Virus record (IMG/VR): IMGVR_UViG_3300020439_001801 | Source of the DNA: an uncultured virus (IMG/VR IMGVR_UViG_3300020439_001801) | Taxonomy: Duplodnaviria > Heunggongvirae > Uroviricota > Caudoviricetes | DNA length: 59,664 bases | Strand: one strand, 5' to 3' | In this document: one piece after another, positions 9,919-21,600 of the stretch | Numbering within the stretch: the stretch's first letter is position 1 | Layout of the letters: each line of letters starts with the position of its first letter | Position numbers and translations under genes: made by a program | Notes under the pieces: model-generated | The model's database searches: none | The model's input: the letters and a program-made list of their open reading frames with translations, nothing else | What the model was told of the DNA's origin: nothing

Positions 9919-10738
9919 TAAATTCTTTTAACTTTTTAGCTATTAATTTATATCCCTCATAATTTGGATGTAATCCATTTTTGTAATCTTTAGAACTTCT
10001 ACTCACATTACCTTCCCATAATTTTTGTCCACCACCCTTTTCTTTATCATACTTTAGTAGTTCATCAAACATTGTTGATTCTGGCTTATAATAATATTTT
10101 TTATTTAGTATATCATATGGTACTATTTTCGTTTCATAATCCGTTTTGGGTTTTTGAGCTTCGAATGCATTACACATTATGTATTTTACATTTCTATCAT
10201 CTAAAATAAACTGAGTATAAATTTTAAAACACATTGTGTAATAATCTAAAATTACTTCACTAAACATTTCTGTTATAAATTTCTTTTTAAAATTTCTCCA
10301 TACTGGATGCCCATTATTAGTAAACTTTCCATGCATCTCATCATCTAACAACATATCTTCACTTTTAAATAACCACCTATCATTATCATCTTCACTTTGT
10401 TGGGGTAAACAAAATAATCTATCTCTAAATTTAGATGACCACATTACAATAACTAAAGTATCATTTGAAAAATTATCAATTTCACCCGATAATCTGAGCA
10501 TAATTGATTCGTTAGAAGAGCCGGGTACTGCATGAATTTCATATTCACATCCATACATTTCTGCTAACTGAGCTACCCAAGAACCAGGTGAGCAAGTATC
10601 AGAATATTCTTTAGAAACACCATACTTATTTTTTTCTGGTGAGTCCAAAAGAGAATCTTTTTTTTCATTAGATAGTAAGTAGCTACCTTCTCCAAAAGTC
10701 CAACTATCACCAAAAGCTATTATTTTTTTAAATCTCAT
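9905..10738 (-). CDS. SGNH/GDSL hydrolase-like protein
   Basis: AFGDSWTFG block I, PGSSN block II, C-terminal LHPNYEGY. Confidence 0.7.
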   Translation of the reverse strand: MRFKKIIAFGDSWTFGEGSYLLSNEKKDSLLDSPEKNKYGVSKEYSDTCSPGSWVAQLAEMYGCEYEIHAVPGSSNESIMLRLSGEIDNFSNDTLVIVMWSSKFRDRLFCLPQQSEDDNDRWLFKSEDMLLDDEMHGKFTNNGHPVWRNFKKKFITEMFSEVILDYYTMCFKIYTQFILDDRNVKYIMCNAFEAQKPKTDYETKIVPYDILNKKYYYKPESTMFDELLKYDKEKGGGQKLWEGNVSRSSKDYKNGLHPNYEGYKLIAKKLKEFIDGI

Positions 10739-11676
10739 ATACCCATTAGTTTTTGAGAAATAATATCTTCAAATCCACTTTTTTTAGTTTGTTTTAGAAT
10801 TTTGTTAACTTCTGAGAATCCCATATCCCCAGCATCTTTTTCGGTAGGTAGGATGTTTGTAACTGTAATTCCGTTATTCATAAAATAATTTACATAGTAA
10901 AGAGCTTGGTCTTGTGCATCTTTATCTAATAATATTTTGATTTCTTTTACACCTTTTTTATAGATATTATCCATTAGAGTTTTTGGAATAAATTTACCTA
11001 AAAGTGGAATAGCATTTCGTTTGATACTCATCGCATCAAAAACTCCTTCACAAAGTGTAATAGGTTTTTGCCAATTAATTTGATTTTCAAACATCGTAAC
11101 ATTCTTCGATACCGGCGGATTTTTATACTTAAATTTTTCCTCAGAGAATACAGACCGTGCGATGAAGTAATTGAGTCTATTATCTCTATCGTAACTCGGA
11201 ATAATAATACGATTGGTGTAAATACCACTATCACAATAGCCAATGTTATAACGAATAATATCTTCCTTAGTAATACCTCTATCCTTTGCATATTGTACCA
11301 CCTTTCTATATAATGGATTCAAACCTTTCGGTTCTACCAATAGAGATTTAAATTCTGATGGTAACCTTAGTTCTACCTTTTCTTCATCGGTAGGAGTTGC
11401 TGAAACGATATAATCATCACCATATATTTCATAAACTTTTTTGATTTTTTTAGAATCAACATGCAACCTTTTAAGTAAAGTTTGTATTTTTCTACCTTTA
11501 GAATCACACACCCAACAATGCCATTGTTGTGTTTCTAAGTTTATTTGTAACTTCTTTTTATGGTGATGACAAAATGGACAATGGTGAGCTTGCTCATTAC
11601 CTTTTAGGGATGTACCAACACCCAAAACTTCATCCAAAATGTTAATTATAACTGATTTATCTCGTTGTGAGAGCAT
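10735..11676 (-). CDS. DNA primase (Zn finger + TOPRIM)
   Basis: CPFC...HCWVC zinc finger, RIIIP, KYKNP, CEGVFDA, LDKDA, KDAGD. Confidence 0.9.
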   Translation of the reverse strand: MLSQRDKSVIINILDEVLGVGTSLKGNEQAHHCPFCHHHKKKLQINLETQQWHCWVCDSKGRKIQTLLKRLHVDSKKIKKVYEIYGDDYIVSATPTDEEKVELRLPSEFKSLLVEPKGLNPLYRKVVQYAKDRGITKEDIIRYNIGYCDSGIYTNRIIIPSYDRDNRLNYFIARSVFSEEKFKYKNPPVSKNVTMFENQINWQKPITLCEGVFDAMSIKRNAIPLLGKFIPKTLMDNIYKKGVKEIKILLDKDAQDQALYYVNYFMNNGITVTNILPTEKDAGDMGFSEVNKILKQTKKSGFEDIISQKLMGI

Positions 11677-11696
11677 AAGATATACAATTTACAGAG

Positions 11697-11728
11697 TAAA
11701 TATACGAAAAATTTTTCAATTTTCCAAA
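11697..11728 (-). promoter_or_regulatory. Bacteroidota-type (-33 TTTG / -7 TAnnTTTG-like) promoter upstream of primase
   Basis: Sense TTTGGAAAATTGAAAAATTTTTCGTATATTTA; one of five similar copies. Confidence 0.7.
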
Positions 11729-12126
11729 TCTTTTCTAAAAAATTTTCCTAAAATATTATCATTGAAACAATGAGATTCATATAAAACATTGTGTTTTATC
11801 TGTTCTTCTAACTCGTAATAAGTCATTGCTTTTTTAGTTTTACAGAATCGTAAGATGAATTTTTCAATATCATCACCATCCCATTTTTTTACTTCAGCGT
11901 GTGATGATTGGTATTCTTTCCAGTTTGATTCTTTTACTACCTTTCTTTTTCTCTTTGTACCTTTTAGTGGTGGTAGTGTTCGGTGTGCGTACAAAGATTT
12001 TCTTCCGATATAGAATTCACCTGTAAATTTTTTTCTGATTTTATATATAAATCCTATTGAATCTTCAGGCATATCGGAAATTTCGGTAATCAGCTTACCT
12101 TCATATTTCCATGTGGGCATAGTCAA
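11716..12126 (-). CDS. GIY-YIG family nuclease (Seg-like, free-standing)
   Basis: GFIYKI...FYIGRK, conserved E and N (ELEEQ, FNDN). Confidence 0.7.
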   Translation of the reverse strand: MTMPTWKYEGKLITEISDMPEDSIGFIYKIRKKFTGEFYIGRKSLYAHRTLPPLKGTKRKRKVVKESNWKEYQSSHAEVKKWDGDDIEKFILRFCKTKKAMTYYELEEQIKHNVLYESHCFNDNILGKFFRKDLEN

Positions 12127-12131
12127 AAAGT

Positions 12132-12311
12132 TTATCGTTCAACTGAATCTGAATAAGGTTTTAGATTTAGTTTGCCGCCTCTAGCTTTCTCTAAGTTTGA
12201 TGGTTTAGATATATCCTTCCCACCATCTAATGAGATAGGGGTTTTATCAGCTTTTGATTTTCCTAATTTAGAAAATTCAGATGCTTTAAATAAGTCCATT
12301 ATTGAAGCCAT
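12132..12311 (-). CDS. Small hypothetical protein, 59 aa
   Basis: MASIMDLFKASEFSKLGK...YSDSVER*; preceded by GAGG and TATTTATA; below the ORF-track cut-off. Confidence 0.7.
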   Translation of the reverse strand: MASIMDLFKASEFSKLGKSKADKTPISLDGGKDISKPSNLEKARGGKLNLKPYSDSVER

Positions 12312-12328
12312 AATATTTTCCTCTTTTA

Positions 12329-12336
12329 TATAAATA
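12329..12336 (-). promoter_or_regulatory. Putative late promoter motif TATTTATA
   Basis: Intergenic, upstream of ATG 12311. Confidence 0.55.
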
Positions 12337-12348
12337 TAAGTTTTTTAA

Positions 12349-13623
12349 TTAAACATCAATTCTAACAAGAAAGTTGACAGGATAGTCAGGTAAGTTTTTA
12401 ATTGGTTTTGGTAACTTAGCAACTGCCATCATTTCATTATCATTATTATACAAACCAATTGTGGTTATATATGGTACTAAATAAGAACCAGTTAAATCAG
12501 TTGAACCTGATTCCCAATAATCATCCCAACTACCACTAACATACTCGTTAGTAACTGATGATGTAACTGAACCACTATAGTATGGTTTTCTATCTATACT
12601 ATAGATATTTCTAATTTTTACGGTCTTTGCTGGTTGTCCACTAACAATTGGTGTTGTTGTGAAATCCTCCGAACCACTTTCAAATACCGTTACTGCTGTT
12701 GGATTTTGTGAGTAATTAAATTCACAATCACCTACTTCTAAGAAAAACTCATGTTCGTATATAGTATGAGTTCCTTTATATTTTAATGTGTATCCATTTA
12801 GTAGCGTTGTACAGTTTGCATCATTTAATACAAATAATCCATCACTATAAAAAACGTTTCCTACAATATAAGAACTCCAATTTGTAATTAAACCAAATGG
12901 ATTATCATCATCTTCAAATCTAATAATACCACACTCAAAATCCATTGTTAGAATTGATACTGCGTTCATAGCAGTTACTCGAGTATCTGCACCACCTATT
13001 GGTACTATTGTTAAAACATTTAATGAACCACTTTCAAAGTTTGTTAAATCTGTTGTTCCGTGGTATTCGTTTCCATCAAAATCAGAAAAGTGTATTTCAC
13101 CCGTTTCATTATTTAATAAAAGAATCTTAGCACATCTTGTACTTTCTACTAAGTTACCATATCCATCATCTACAATTTTTAAAACTTTCGATTCAACCTT
13201 TGGAGTATCGATAAATAATTCTACTGAACCTGGTTTTATTTCTTCTCCATATTGGGATTGAGATACTGCTAATAACTCTATGTGGTTAGTTAGTACTCTT
13301 TGATTACCATAAGCAAATTGTGGATGTTGTCTCCCAGCTCCTGTTAATGGTGATAATTTATTTGATGGATGATAGTATTTTGCGTATGTTGATTGATACA
13401 ACATTCTCTGATAAAACTCATTTGTTTTTGCTTCATTGACTGGGTCAAAGAAAGTATCTAAATCATAAGCTCCACCTGGTATTGTATTTAATACTATTAC
13501 TTCATCATCTATTGATGCCGAATGAGCAGTATAAATATCATAACTACCTGAACTATGTATATAGGTTTTATGAGTCCTAAAAGGCCTAATGTTTACGTTT
13601 TCTGCCGGTATTTCTTTTAACAT
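12349..13623 (-). CDS. Putative virion structural (tail/baseplate) protein
   Basis: C-terminus YITTIGLYNNDNEMMAVAK shared with the neighbouring gene; structural block; late motif upstream. Confidence 0.65.
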   Translation of the reverse strand: MLKEIPAENVNIRPFRTHKTYIHSSGSYDIYTAHSASIDDEVIVLNTIPGGAYDLDTFFDPVNEAKTNEFYQRMLYQSTYAKYYHPSNKLSPLTGAGRQHPQFAYGNQRVLTNHIELLAVSQSQYGEEIKPGSVELFIDTPKVESKVLKIVDDGYGNLVESTRCAKILLLNNETGEIHFSDFDGNEYHGTTDLTNFESGSLNVLTIVPIGGADTRVTAMNAVSILTMDFECGIIRFEDDDNPFGLITNWSSYIVGNVFYSDGLFVLNDANCTTLLNGYTLKYKGTHTIYEHEFFLEVGDCEFNYSQNPTAVTVFESGSEDFTTTPIVSGQPAKTVKIRNIYSIDRKPYYSGSVTSSVTNEYVSGSWDDYWESGSTDLTGSYLVPYITTIGLYNNDNEMMAVAKLPKPIKNLPDYPVNFLVRIDV

Positions 13624-13640
13624 ACGATATTACTCCTTTA

Positions 13641-13648
13641 TATAAATA
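13641..13648 (-). promoter_or_regulatory. Putative late promoter motif TATTTATA
   Basis: Upstream of AAGGAG and ATG 13623. Confidence 0.55.
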
Positions 13649-13651
13649 TCA

Positions 13652-13684
13652 CAAAAAGAAAAACCTCATTTTTTGGATGAGGTT
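13652..13684 (-). terminator. Rho-independent terminator
   Basis: AACCTCAT / ATGAGGTT stem followed by a T-rich tract on the minus strand, downstream of stop 13714. Confidence 0.7.
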
Positions 13685-13713
13685 CTTACTTTGTTTGAAA
13701 TGCGTGCCTACGA

Positions 13714-14967
13714 TTAAAAGTCTAATTTAACTTTTACTAATATTTCTTTATCAAACGATTTTGCAATCGGTTGAGATGTTTTAGCTACTGCTAACATTTC
13801 GTTTGCATTGTTATATAATCCAATCGTTGTAATATAAACTCTTGGGTCTCTTCTGAACGATGATACTGCAAATGCGTTATCCGAACCACTTACAAATGTT
13901 GGGTTGTTAGAGAAGTTAAACTCTCTGTTATTTGCTCTAACAAAGTAATGTGATGTAGATACGTTTTCAGTTCTTCTTGCTTCGAAATCAGCGCCATTCT
14001 TAATAGCTGCGTACAACCAGTGATGTGCTTTCTTATCAGCATCTACTCCAGTAAACAATGAACTAGTCGTTGAGTAATCCAATGTTGCTGAACCTGTATG
14101 TGCTGAGAATCCGATTTCAGCTTCTAATGCGCCAGGATTAAGTATGATTATTCCTTGGTCAGGATAAAACACACCATAACCTTGCCCTACTGAGAATGAA
14201 TTACCATCTGTAGAACCTGATGTGTATCTTTGGTCTATCGTTGCTTCTGCTGAAGAACCTAAGTTAAGTGAACCACTTACTACATCAAATACTCTACCCG
14301 ATTTACCAACTGTATCTGAGAATTTCTTTCCACTATCATCAATAAGTGTAATAGCTCCTCTTGAACCACTTAATTTAAGTGACCAGTTACCAGCATCTAA
14401 TTGTTCTTTATACCTTGCTCTTGCTACATTAATCACAAAGAAATCTTCAGTATTATGGCCTGTACCTGAAGCCGATGCGAATGTGAAGTGTGAATCTTCT
14501 TGTCCTAATAGGTAAGAACGATACTGCATATATGTTGCTTTAGTTGGGAACTTAGCGTTATCGTTAGTTGAGAGGGCAACTGAACCACTACCACTAATAT
14601 GTCCGTATGCTACTGCGTATTGTACTTCACCATTTGATGCGGTGTTGAAGATATTGTAAAAGTAATCACCTGATGATGATTGAGCTTGTGAACCAGTGTG
14701 GTGTTGTGCTAATGAACCAGTATCACCAGTCCAAAGTCCTGTTGTTACTACTTCAACTTTACCTGTTACTTGGTCAAACTCATTAAACCTTTTGTATATT
14801 CCTGATGCGATTGAAGTTCCATCTGCTGTTAGCTGGTCATTACCCGTTAGGTATTCATTAATAATACCTGCTAATTCTTCAGAAGAAATTTCACCATCAG
14901 CGTTCTGTAGGTATTGTGCTAACTCATTGGTTAACGCTGCTCCCTGTTGTCCTGCTATTTCTGCCAT
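13714..14967 (-). CDS. Putative virion structural (tail/baseplate) protein
   Basis: Ser/Gly-rich beta-type sequence; FNFSNNPT...YITTIGLYNNANEMLAVAK C-terminus paralogous to 12349..13623. Confidence 0.65.
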   Translation of the reverse strand: MAEIAGQQGAALTNELAQYLQNADGEISSEELAGIINEYLTGNDQLTADGTSIASGIYKRFNEFDQVTGKVEVVTTGLWTGDTGSLAQHHTGSQAQSSSGDYFYNIFNTASNGEVQYAVAYGHISGSGSVALSTNDNAKFPTKATYMQYRSYLLGQEDSHFTFASASGTGHNTEDFFVINVARARYKEQLDAGNWSLKLSGSRGAITLIDDSGKKFSDTVGKSGRVFDVVSGSLNLGSSAEATIDQRYTSGSTDGNSFSVGQGYGVFYPDQGIIILNPGALEAEIGFSAHTGSATLDYSTTSSLFTGVDADKKAHHWLYAAIKNGADFEARRTENVSTSHYFVRANNREFNFSNNPTFVSGSDNAFAVSSFRRDPRVYITTIGLYNNANEMLAVAKTSQPIAKSFDKEILVKVKLDF

Positions 14968-14986
14968 AATTTTTTACCCTCTTTTA

Positions 14987-15613
14987 TTATTCTTTAACAA
15001 ATGTAATCGTTACAGGGATAGTTTGTGAACCACCCGTTTCGTTACCATATACCGTAATAGTTGTTTTTATAGTTTCAGTAATGTTCGGATTAGGAATAAA
15101 CGAAAATTTTAATCCTGCTTCTACAGCTGCTGTAGTTGTTACTTCATCGCCTAAGAATACAGGTACCGAACCTGCTGATACTGCTAATCCACTACCCACA
15201 ACAGTACCAGCGTTCTTATTTGCTAATACTACCGTATATCCAGCTGCACTATTACCTGCAGGAGATGTAGTTGGACTTAATGATACCTCACCACTATTCT
15301 GATTTACAGAGATAGAAGGAATACCAAATTCCACTTTTGGAATCTTAGTTGTTCCTTTTGGTAAAGTTACCAATTTATATCTTAATGTTTGTGTTTCATC
15401 TGGTGATGCCTCTAAGATTGGAATCGCTTTGATAGCTGCATCATAATATGCAGAACCCTTTGGGTGAGCTGGTTCATATAAACCATAATCAATCTCATCA
15501 TCCCCTAATGCGAATCTCGTAATATTAAGACCTTCACCTGTTGCTAGCTTCTCTCTACCTTTTTTGGTAAGGATAGCATCTACTGTGATTTCTGTGTTAT
15601 CTAAATATGCCAT
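14987..15613 (-). CDS. Putative virion structural protein
   Basis: VDAILTKKGRE...FALGDDEIDY N-terminus resembles tail-fibre/baseplate attachment domains; late motif upstream. Confidence 0.6.
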   Translation of the reverse strand: MAYLDNTEITVDAILTKKGREKLATGEGLNITRFALGDDEIDYGLYEPAHPKGSAYYDAAIKAIPILEASPDETQTLRYKLVTLPKGTTKIPKVEFGIPSISVNQNSGEVSLSPTTSPAGNSAAGYTVVLANKNAGTVVGSGLAVSAGSVPVFLGDEVTTTAAVEAGLKFSFIPNPNITETIKTTITVYGNETGGSQTIPVTITFVKE

Positions 15614-15641
15614 AATGTTTATTCCCTATATGTTTACAATA

Positions 15642-15649
15642 TATAAATA
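15642..15649 (-). promoter_or_regulatory. Putative late promoter motif TATTTATA
   Basis: Intergenic, upstream of ATG 15613. Confidence 0.55.
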
Positions 15650-15673
15650 TAACTTTTTTAAAAATTAATTAAA

Positions 15674-18600
15674 TTATTCTATCTCTAATATCGGTTCACC
15701 ACTTCCTCTACCACTATCTGATACTTTTAATGTGTTAGGATTTGTAGTAAATACCTCTACTGGAGGTGTTCCATCTAAGGTTGTAGCTTGTGTTTGCTTA
15801 CAACCTTTGAAGTATAAGTTTTCCATACCAGTTGTTAAATCTGATGTGTTTCTGTAGTGTGTTGGTAAATACCCTTCTAATGGTGTTACTTGTACTACAG
15901 TTCCGTCCGTATCAACATTACCAACAGTATTTGCTAATGAACCCGATGGTGATGTAAATGATACGATAGTTTTAGTTCTTACTACTGATTCAGAAACAAT
16001 TGTTCCCAATGAACTATCTAATGGATTTAGTTGTACCTTTTGTTTAAGTTTCTTTTCTTTTTTAACAACCCAAACTCTAAGTTTTTCTTTTTTGTAATTA
16101 TTAAAAGCATCTCTAGTAGTTCTAACAGTAAATCCATTAGATGCTACAATACCAAATCCAGCTCTACTAATACCATCTGGGTCTAATCCGATTATATCAC
16201 TATTGAATACATCCGATTCAATTTGCTCTGATTGAGATACAGATGCATCATCAATAATACTTTCCATATTTACTAAACTGCTCGATAACTCTGTTATCTG
16301 AGTATCACTAATAATACCATCGTAATTATTGATATCTACATTTATCTCTTCTAATTTAGTTTCATCAATCAATGTATCGAATGATGGAATAGTTTCTTCA
16401 AATTCTATAGTATCAGATAAATCTAAATATGCATCTTCTTGCGAAACAGATGATGTAATACCAATTACAGAACCTCTTGAAATATCTTCTACACCTTCTT
16501 TAGATTCCATTAGCTCAGCAACAGGTTCTCTTCTTCTTTCTTTATTTCTTTCTAAGAAGTGTGGTTCAATTAATAAACCATCCATTACTTTAACTCTTGC
16601 AGGTATCATTTGTTTAATTGTTTCAAACAATGATTTATCTATATATTTTATTATATTAATGTATTCGTATATGTTTAACGTATATCTACCGAAAACATAT
16701 TTTCTTAATTCTAATAAATCAGGATAATCATCTTTGTATTGGTCACCAGCATGTCCTATGTAATCATCAATACTAAAATCAGGTAAAGATTTTATGATAT
16801 CCATATTCAATTCTTTTGTTGGTGATAAGAATATACCTAACTGATTTGAATCTAATGGAGCAGTATCAAATGCTTTCTTAGTTGCTCTTTGTTTATATGA
16901 TAAGTTTTGTACCAAAGATGCTGATTCAAATCTAAATTTATCAGCTGGTCCGAATCCCATAGAAGGAACTTTTGCTGTTACAGTTCTATCATATACTTCG
17001 TAGTGATATGGATATGTTGTATTATCACTAAATCCACTACCAGTAGCTGCACTAGCATATCTAATTGTTCCATTAGAACCTGTATCAGGTGCCACATTTG
17101 GTATGGATGAAGATACATTTAAATTCTTTGGTTTTTCAAAATCCAATCTTAACATTAAATCTTCGGTAGATGATGATATATGATTACCATTAATCTTTTC
17201 AGGAAATAATGTGTGGTCTACTATTACTGAACTTGAAAGAGATGAACTCCAAATTCTAACCTCATCTAAAGAACCAGTAAATCCATCACCAAATGCTAAC
17301 TGAGAACCACTAAAGAATGTATTAATCGAAGATGTAAATTCAGTAGATGAACTCATAGCTAATCTGATTCTACTTTGGAAATCTTGCATAGCAACCAATT
17401 CAATTGATTCTGATGTTCCATTTTCAGATGAAGAATGATGGTTTACATTAATTACAAATTGTGTAAATTCATTATTAAATAAAGAACCAGATGTAGTTAC
17501 TATTTCACCAAATGAAGATGAAAAGTTTAATCTACCAATAGCTCCATGTTGGTGTTCTAATTTAACATTCCAATATGGTTCATTAGTTACAAGTGATTGT
17601 GTATGTTGATTATTCGTTTTAAATCTAACCTCTACTGCATGTGATGAAGATACACCATTTTCTAATTTCCAATCTACTAATACTTTTGAATTATCAGTAT
17701 CATTTGGCATCTGTACTGCTGATGTTCTATCATCAAATGTGAATGTAGAAGTTTGTGATTCTTCTTGTCTTGGTCCACCAAACTCCATAATAGTAAGAAG
17801 TGATGATGGAATACCATATGTAGAAAGAACTGCACTTAATCCTCTTCGTGTACCTTTGTGTTTTAGTAAATATGGGAGGTTATTTAAAATTCTTCTCCAT
17901 ATTGTATTTTCATATTCTTTACCACTTTTTATAAGTTTAGAAGTTTTTTTAGAATCTCTATATCCTAAAACATACTCCCATAATTTTTTTGTTGATTGTG
18001 AAGAATGTGGAATCCAACTATAGTTTTTAAGGATATGTTTCAACATATCATCACTAATACCAACTCTTTGTTTTTCTTCTACTTTAATATTTTTCTTCAG
18101 TGCGGTTATATAAGCCCAAAGGATATCAAAGTGATGTCCAATCATATCTAAGAACATTATGAAATCAGTTTGCTCATCATCATTCTTAATATATTGTGGA
18201 ATGTTGTTAGGTAAATAATCTATATTATCTCTATCATATGCAGATGATGATACTAACAATGTATTATACCAAGCTACTGCTTCTGTACTGCCTGTTGATT
18301 GAAGTGATACTCCATCTGATTCTTTTGGAAATGCCAATGATGAAGTTGAATCTGTTAAGAAATGTTCAAATCCATCAAAGTTAGCTTTTACATCATTTAT
18401 TTTCTTTTGTAATGATTCTTTTTCTCTTAGTAATGATAATGATGTTGTTGCATCTCCACTACTACTTTCAATTGTAGAAATACCATTTTGATAAGTTTCT
18501 AACAATGATAATTTATAAAAATAATTTCTAGCTCTTTCTTCAGCTGAACCAAAGTGTACGAAATTATCAAATCTGTATTCTTCGTTTACAGTACCATCTA

Positions 18601-21600
18601 CCGAATATCCATATTCAGTTTCTATGAAATCATATGAAGATGATACATATTCTATGTTTAGTTTCTGAGTATTAACACCAGAAGATGATACGAAAGTATC
18701 TATAAGTTTTGCTGATGATTGAGAACCACTTGCTACTAATTCATCTATAAGTTCGAATCCAGTATCCGCAGGTGAACCACATTCATTGATACCAAAGTTT
18801 GGCCCTTTTAATGGTACACAATATTCTTCTGAATCATCAACGATTGATACCTCATCTATAATTGGTTGTGTAATTATTTTAGAAATCCAAAGTTCTTGGT
18901 TTGGTTGTATTTCCTTTCCAAGAGGTTCGTACATTTTCAGAACTAATGAATTAAATCCACCTTTAACATATTCTGGTACAAATTTATCTCTTAATTCATC
19001 ATACTTAAAGTTTCTAAAAGTTACATCATCAGTATCCCAGTTAGCAATAAGTTTATTTTCACCATCCCCAAAATGTGCTAAGTGAGTTAAATATTTGGAT
19101 GTTTCATCTTCAAATAAATTTAAATTTAAATCAAATGCATCGCATATTTGGTCAACTACATCTTCTCTTGGTAAATCAATATCTGATTTTACAAATGTAA
19201 TTTCAATTGATTCTAATTTACCAACAACTTCTTTTTTTGTAGATGTATTGTGTGGTTGTAATAGTATGGTGAATTTTACTTCATCTTCATCTTCTTTTAA
19301 CTTTGTACCTAATTTTTTAAGTACACTCTGTACATTGAAATTAACGGATTGAGTTGGTGCAAACTTACCATATGGTTTTGATTTATCGCCTAAATATAAA
19401 TTTACAAAGTTAGTATTTACGGATTGATAAGATACTGTAAAATCAACATCATATCCTTTAAAGTCAGCACCTTTGAGTAACTCAGGATAAGATATATTTA
19501 CAATATCAGGAGTTTTTACTGCTACTTCATTTACAACATTAATAGTAAACTTCTGAGGTACACCATCTCCATATCCTTCATTGTATGGACAAACATAACC
19601 CACATATTGCCCAACACCTGAGTTGAACATTGAATTACTGATTGTAAATACACCAGCCTCATCTGTATCTGTTAGATTAGTTTTGTTTAGTTTAAATGTT
19701 ACTTTATCACAATTTTCAGAATCGTATCCTAAATTTAATTTCTGTGGTTTAGCTAAATTGTATTTGAAGCTAGATGGACTAATTGTTACCGATGGTATTA
19801 ATATAGGTACTACTTTTTCATATTTAATTAATACAGTAATCGGAATTCCAACATCTAAATTTAATTCTTGAGCGTTAACTCTTTCAAATCCTTTACTATC
19901 TTCATCAACTATTTGTCCTTTTAATACATCAAAATATTTAATTCTATATCTATCAGGAGCCGCAGCTCTTATTGTAATACTAAATGAAGTTCCTGCTCTT
20001 CCTTTAAAAGTATTACTATTAATTCGTTTTACACCATCACCTTGTGTAATAACCGCTGAATACCCTTGTGTTAGTTCTGTACCATCATCATTACTACCAT
20101 CGGTTGTAAGAACTAAAAGTTCAGGTACTTTCTTTTTAGGTGGTCCATCATCTATTGTAGTACTGTTATCATCTTGCTCATCTTCATCATTACCACCAGT
20201 AGAATTTGCTACTAAATCAAAAAATGCAGTTTTAAATAAAGTTGTTTGATTGTTCTCACTATTTTCTAATTTACCATCAACATAGTGAAGAAAATCAAAT
20301 ACAAATTTTTCTTTTGTTATTCTTTGTTTTATAGTTTTATATTTTGGACGTCTTGGAGATGGTTTTGGTCTTGGTTCATCTGCAAAACGATTAAAACCGA
20401 ACCCCTCTCCAGCTAATAAATCACCAGCTCGAGTATAGTTTCTAAATCTTTCACCAAATTCATCTCTATTCCTTCTACTATCATCATCGAATTCACGACC
20501 TGGCCCTATGCTAAAATCATCAATTGAATCATCTAAAACTTTCTTTTCTATTACAGTTGTTTTTTGCTCTATTCTACCAACAACTCTATATGATTCATTA
20601 CTTCTATATCCATTTCTTCTTACAGTAATTGATTTACCAGCACCTATCGTTTCCTTTGCGGTAAACGTTAAGATTGTAGGTGTTAACTTTGTTAATCCTT
20701 GTGGTAATCCATTAACTAATACTTCACAATTACCTGGTTTTGTTTTAACACTTACAGTTAATACATCACTACCTACTGGTACTACTTTTGGTAATATTTG
20801 TTGTCCTCTATCAAATTTAACAACACCGCTTGTATATCTATTTCCTCTAGCATCTCTTAACTCTTCACCAGCTAATGCTAAATCTCTTTCTCTAATTCCA
20901 GCACCAGGGTCCCTACCCTCTCTAACATTTTGTACAATTCTATTTTCTATTACACCTCTAGTATTTCTAAGTTCAGCTGCACTTAACCCTTGATTTTCTA
21001 AATCCCTCACTCTCGCTCTATCAGCAACATCTTGTAATATCTCAGCCATTGGTCGGATATTTTCATTAGCTGGTCTACTATCACCGACTGGTATTCTACT
21101 ATCTTGTCTATTTGTTAAATCAGCCCTAGCTGGTTGTGAACGTACAACTCCTCTAACTTTTACATTCTTTTTTGGTGGTGGTGAATATGTCATCACATCT
21201 TCAAATCCTCTATCACCGAATCTAGCAAGATTAGGGTTTGAATTTGAAGTAGTCATACTAGCACCTCTTGGCATTAAATTTTGAGTTGCCGGTGGTGTTT
21301 GTCTAGCGGGACTTCTTTTTATCACATTTGTAGCAGGTGGTGTTTGCCTCTTTACAACTTTAGGTTGTGATTTTGGTGGTTCAGCTGCTGGTGGAGATGG
21401 TGGTGTAAATGAAGGTTGTTTTCTTGGGATAATTTGTTTAGGAATAGGTGAAAACGGATTTCGATTAAATGCTGATGGGGTTGCTTGTGCACTCTTTTTG
21501 ATATTAAAAGATGAAGCTGCTGGACTCGTATAATTAGTTTGAGTTTTTATACTACTCAATCCAGCACGAACTTGGTTGTTCAAATTCTTAGTCCCACCAA

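Noticed and set aside
11716..12126. GIY-YIG gene as an intron-encoded homing endonuclease
   Set aside because: It is free-standing, flanking genes are intact, and no group I intron context is visible
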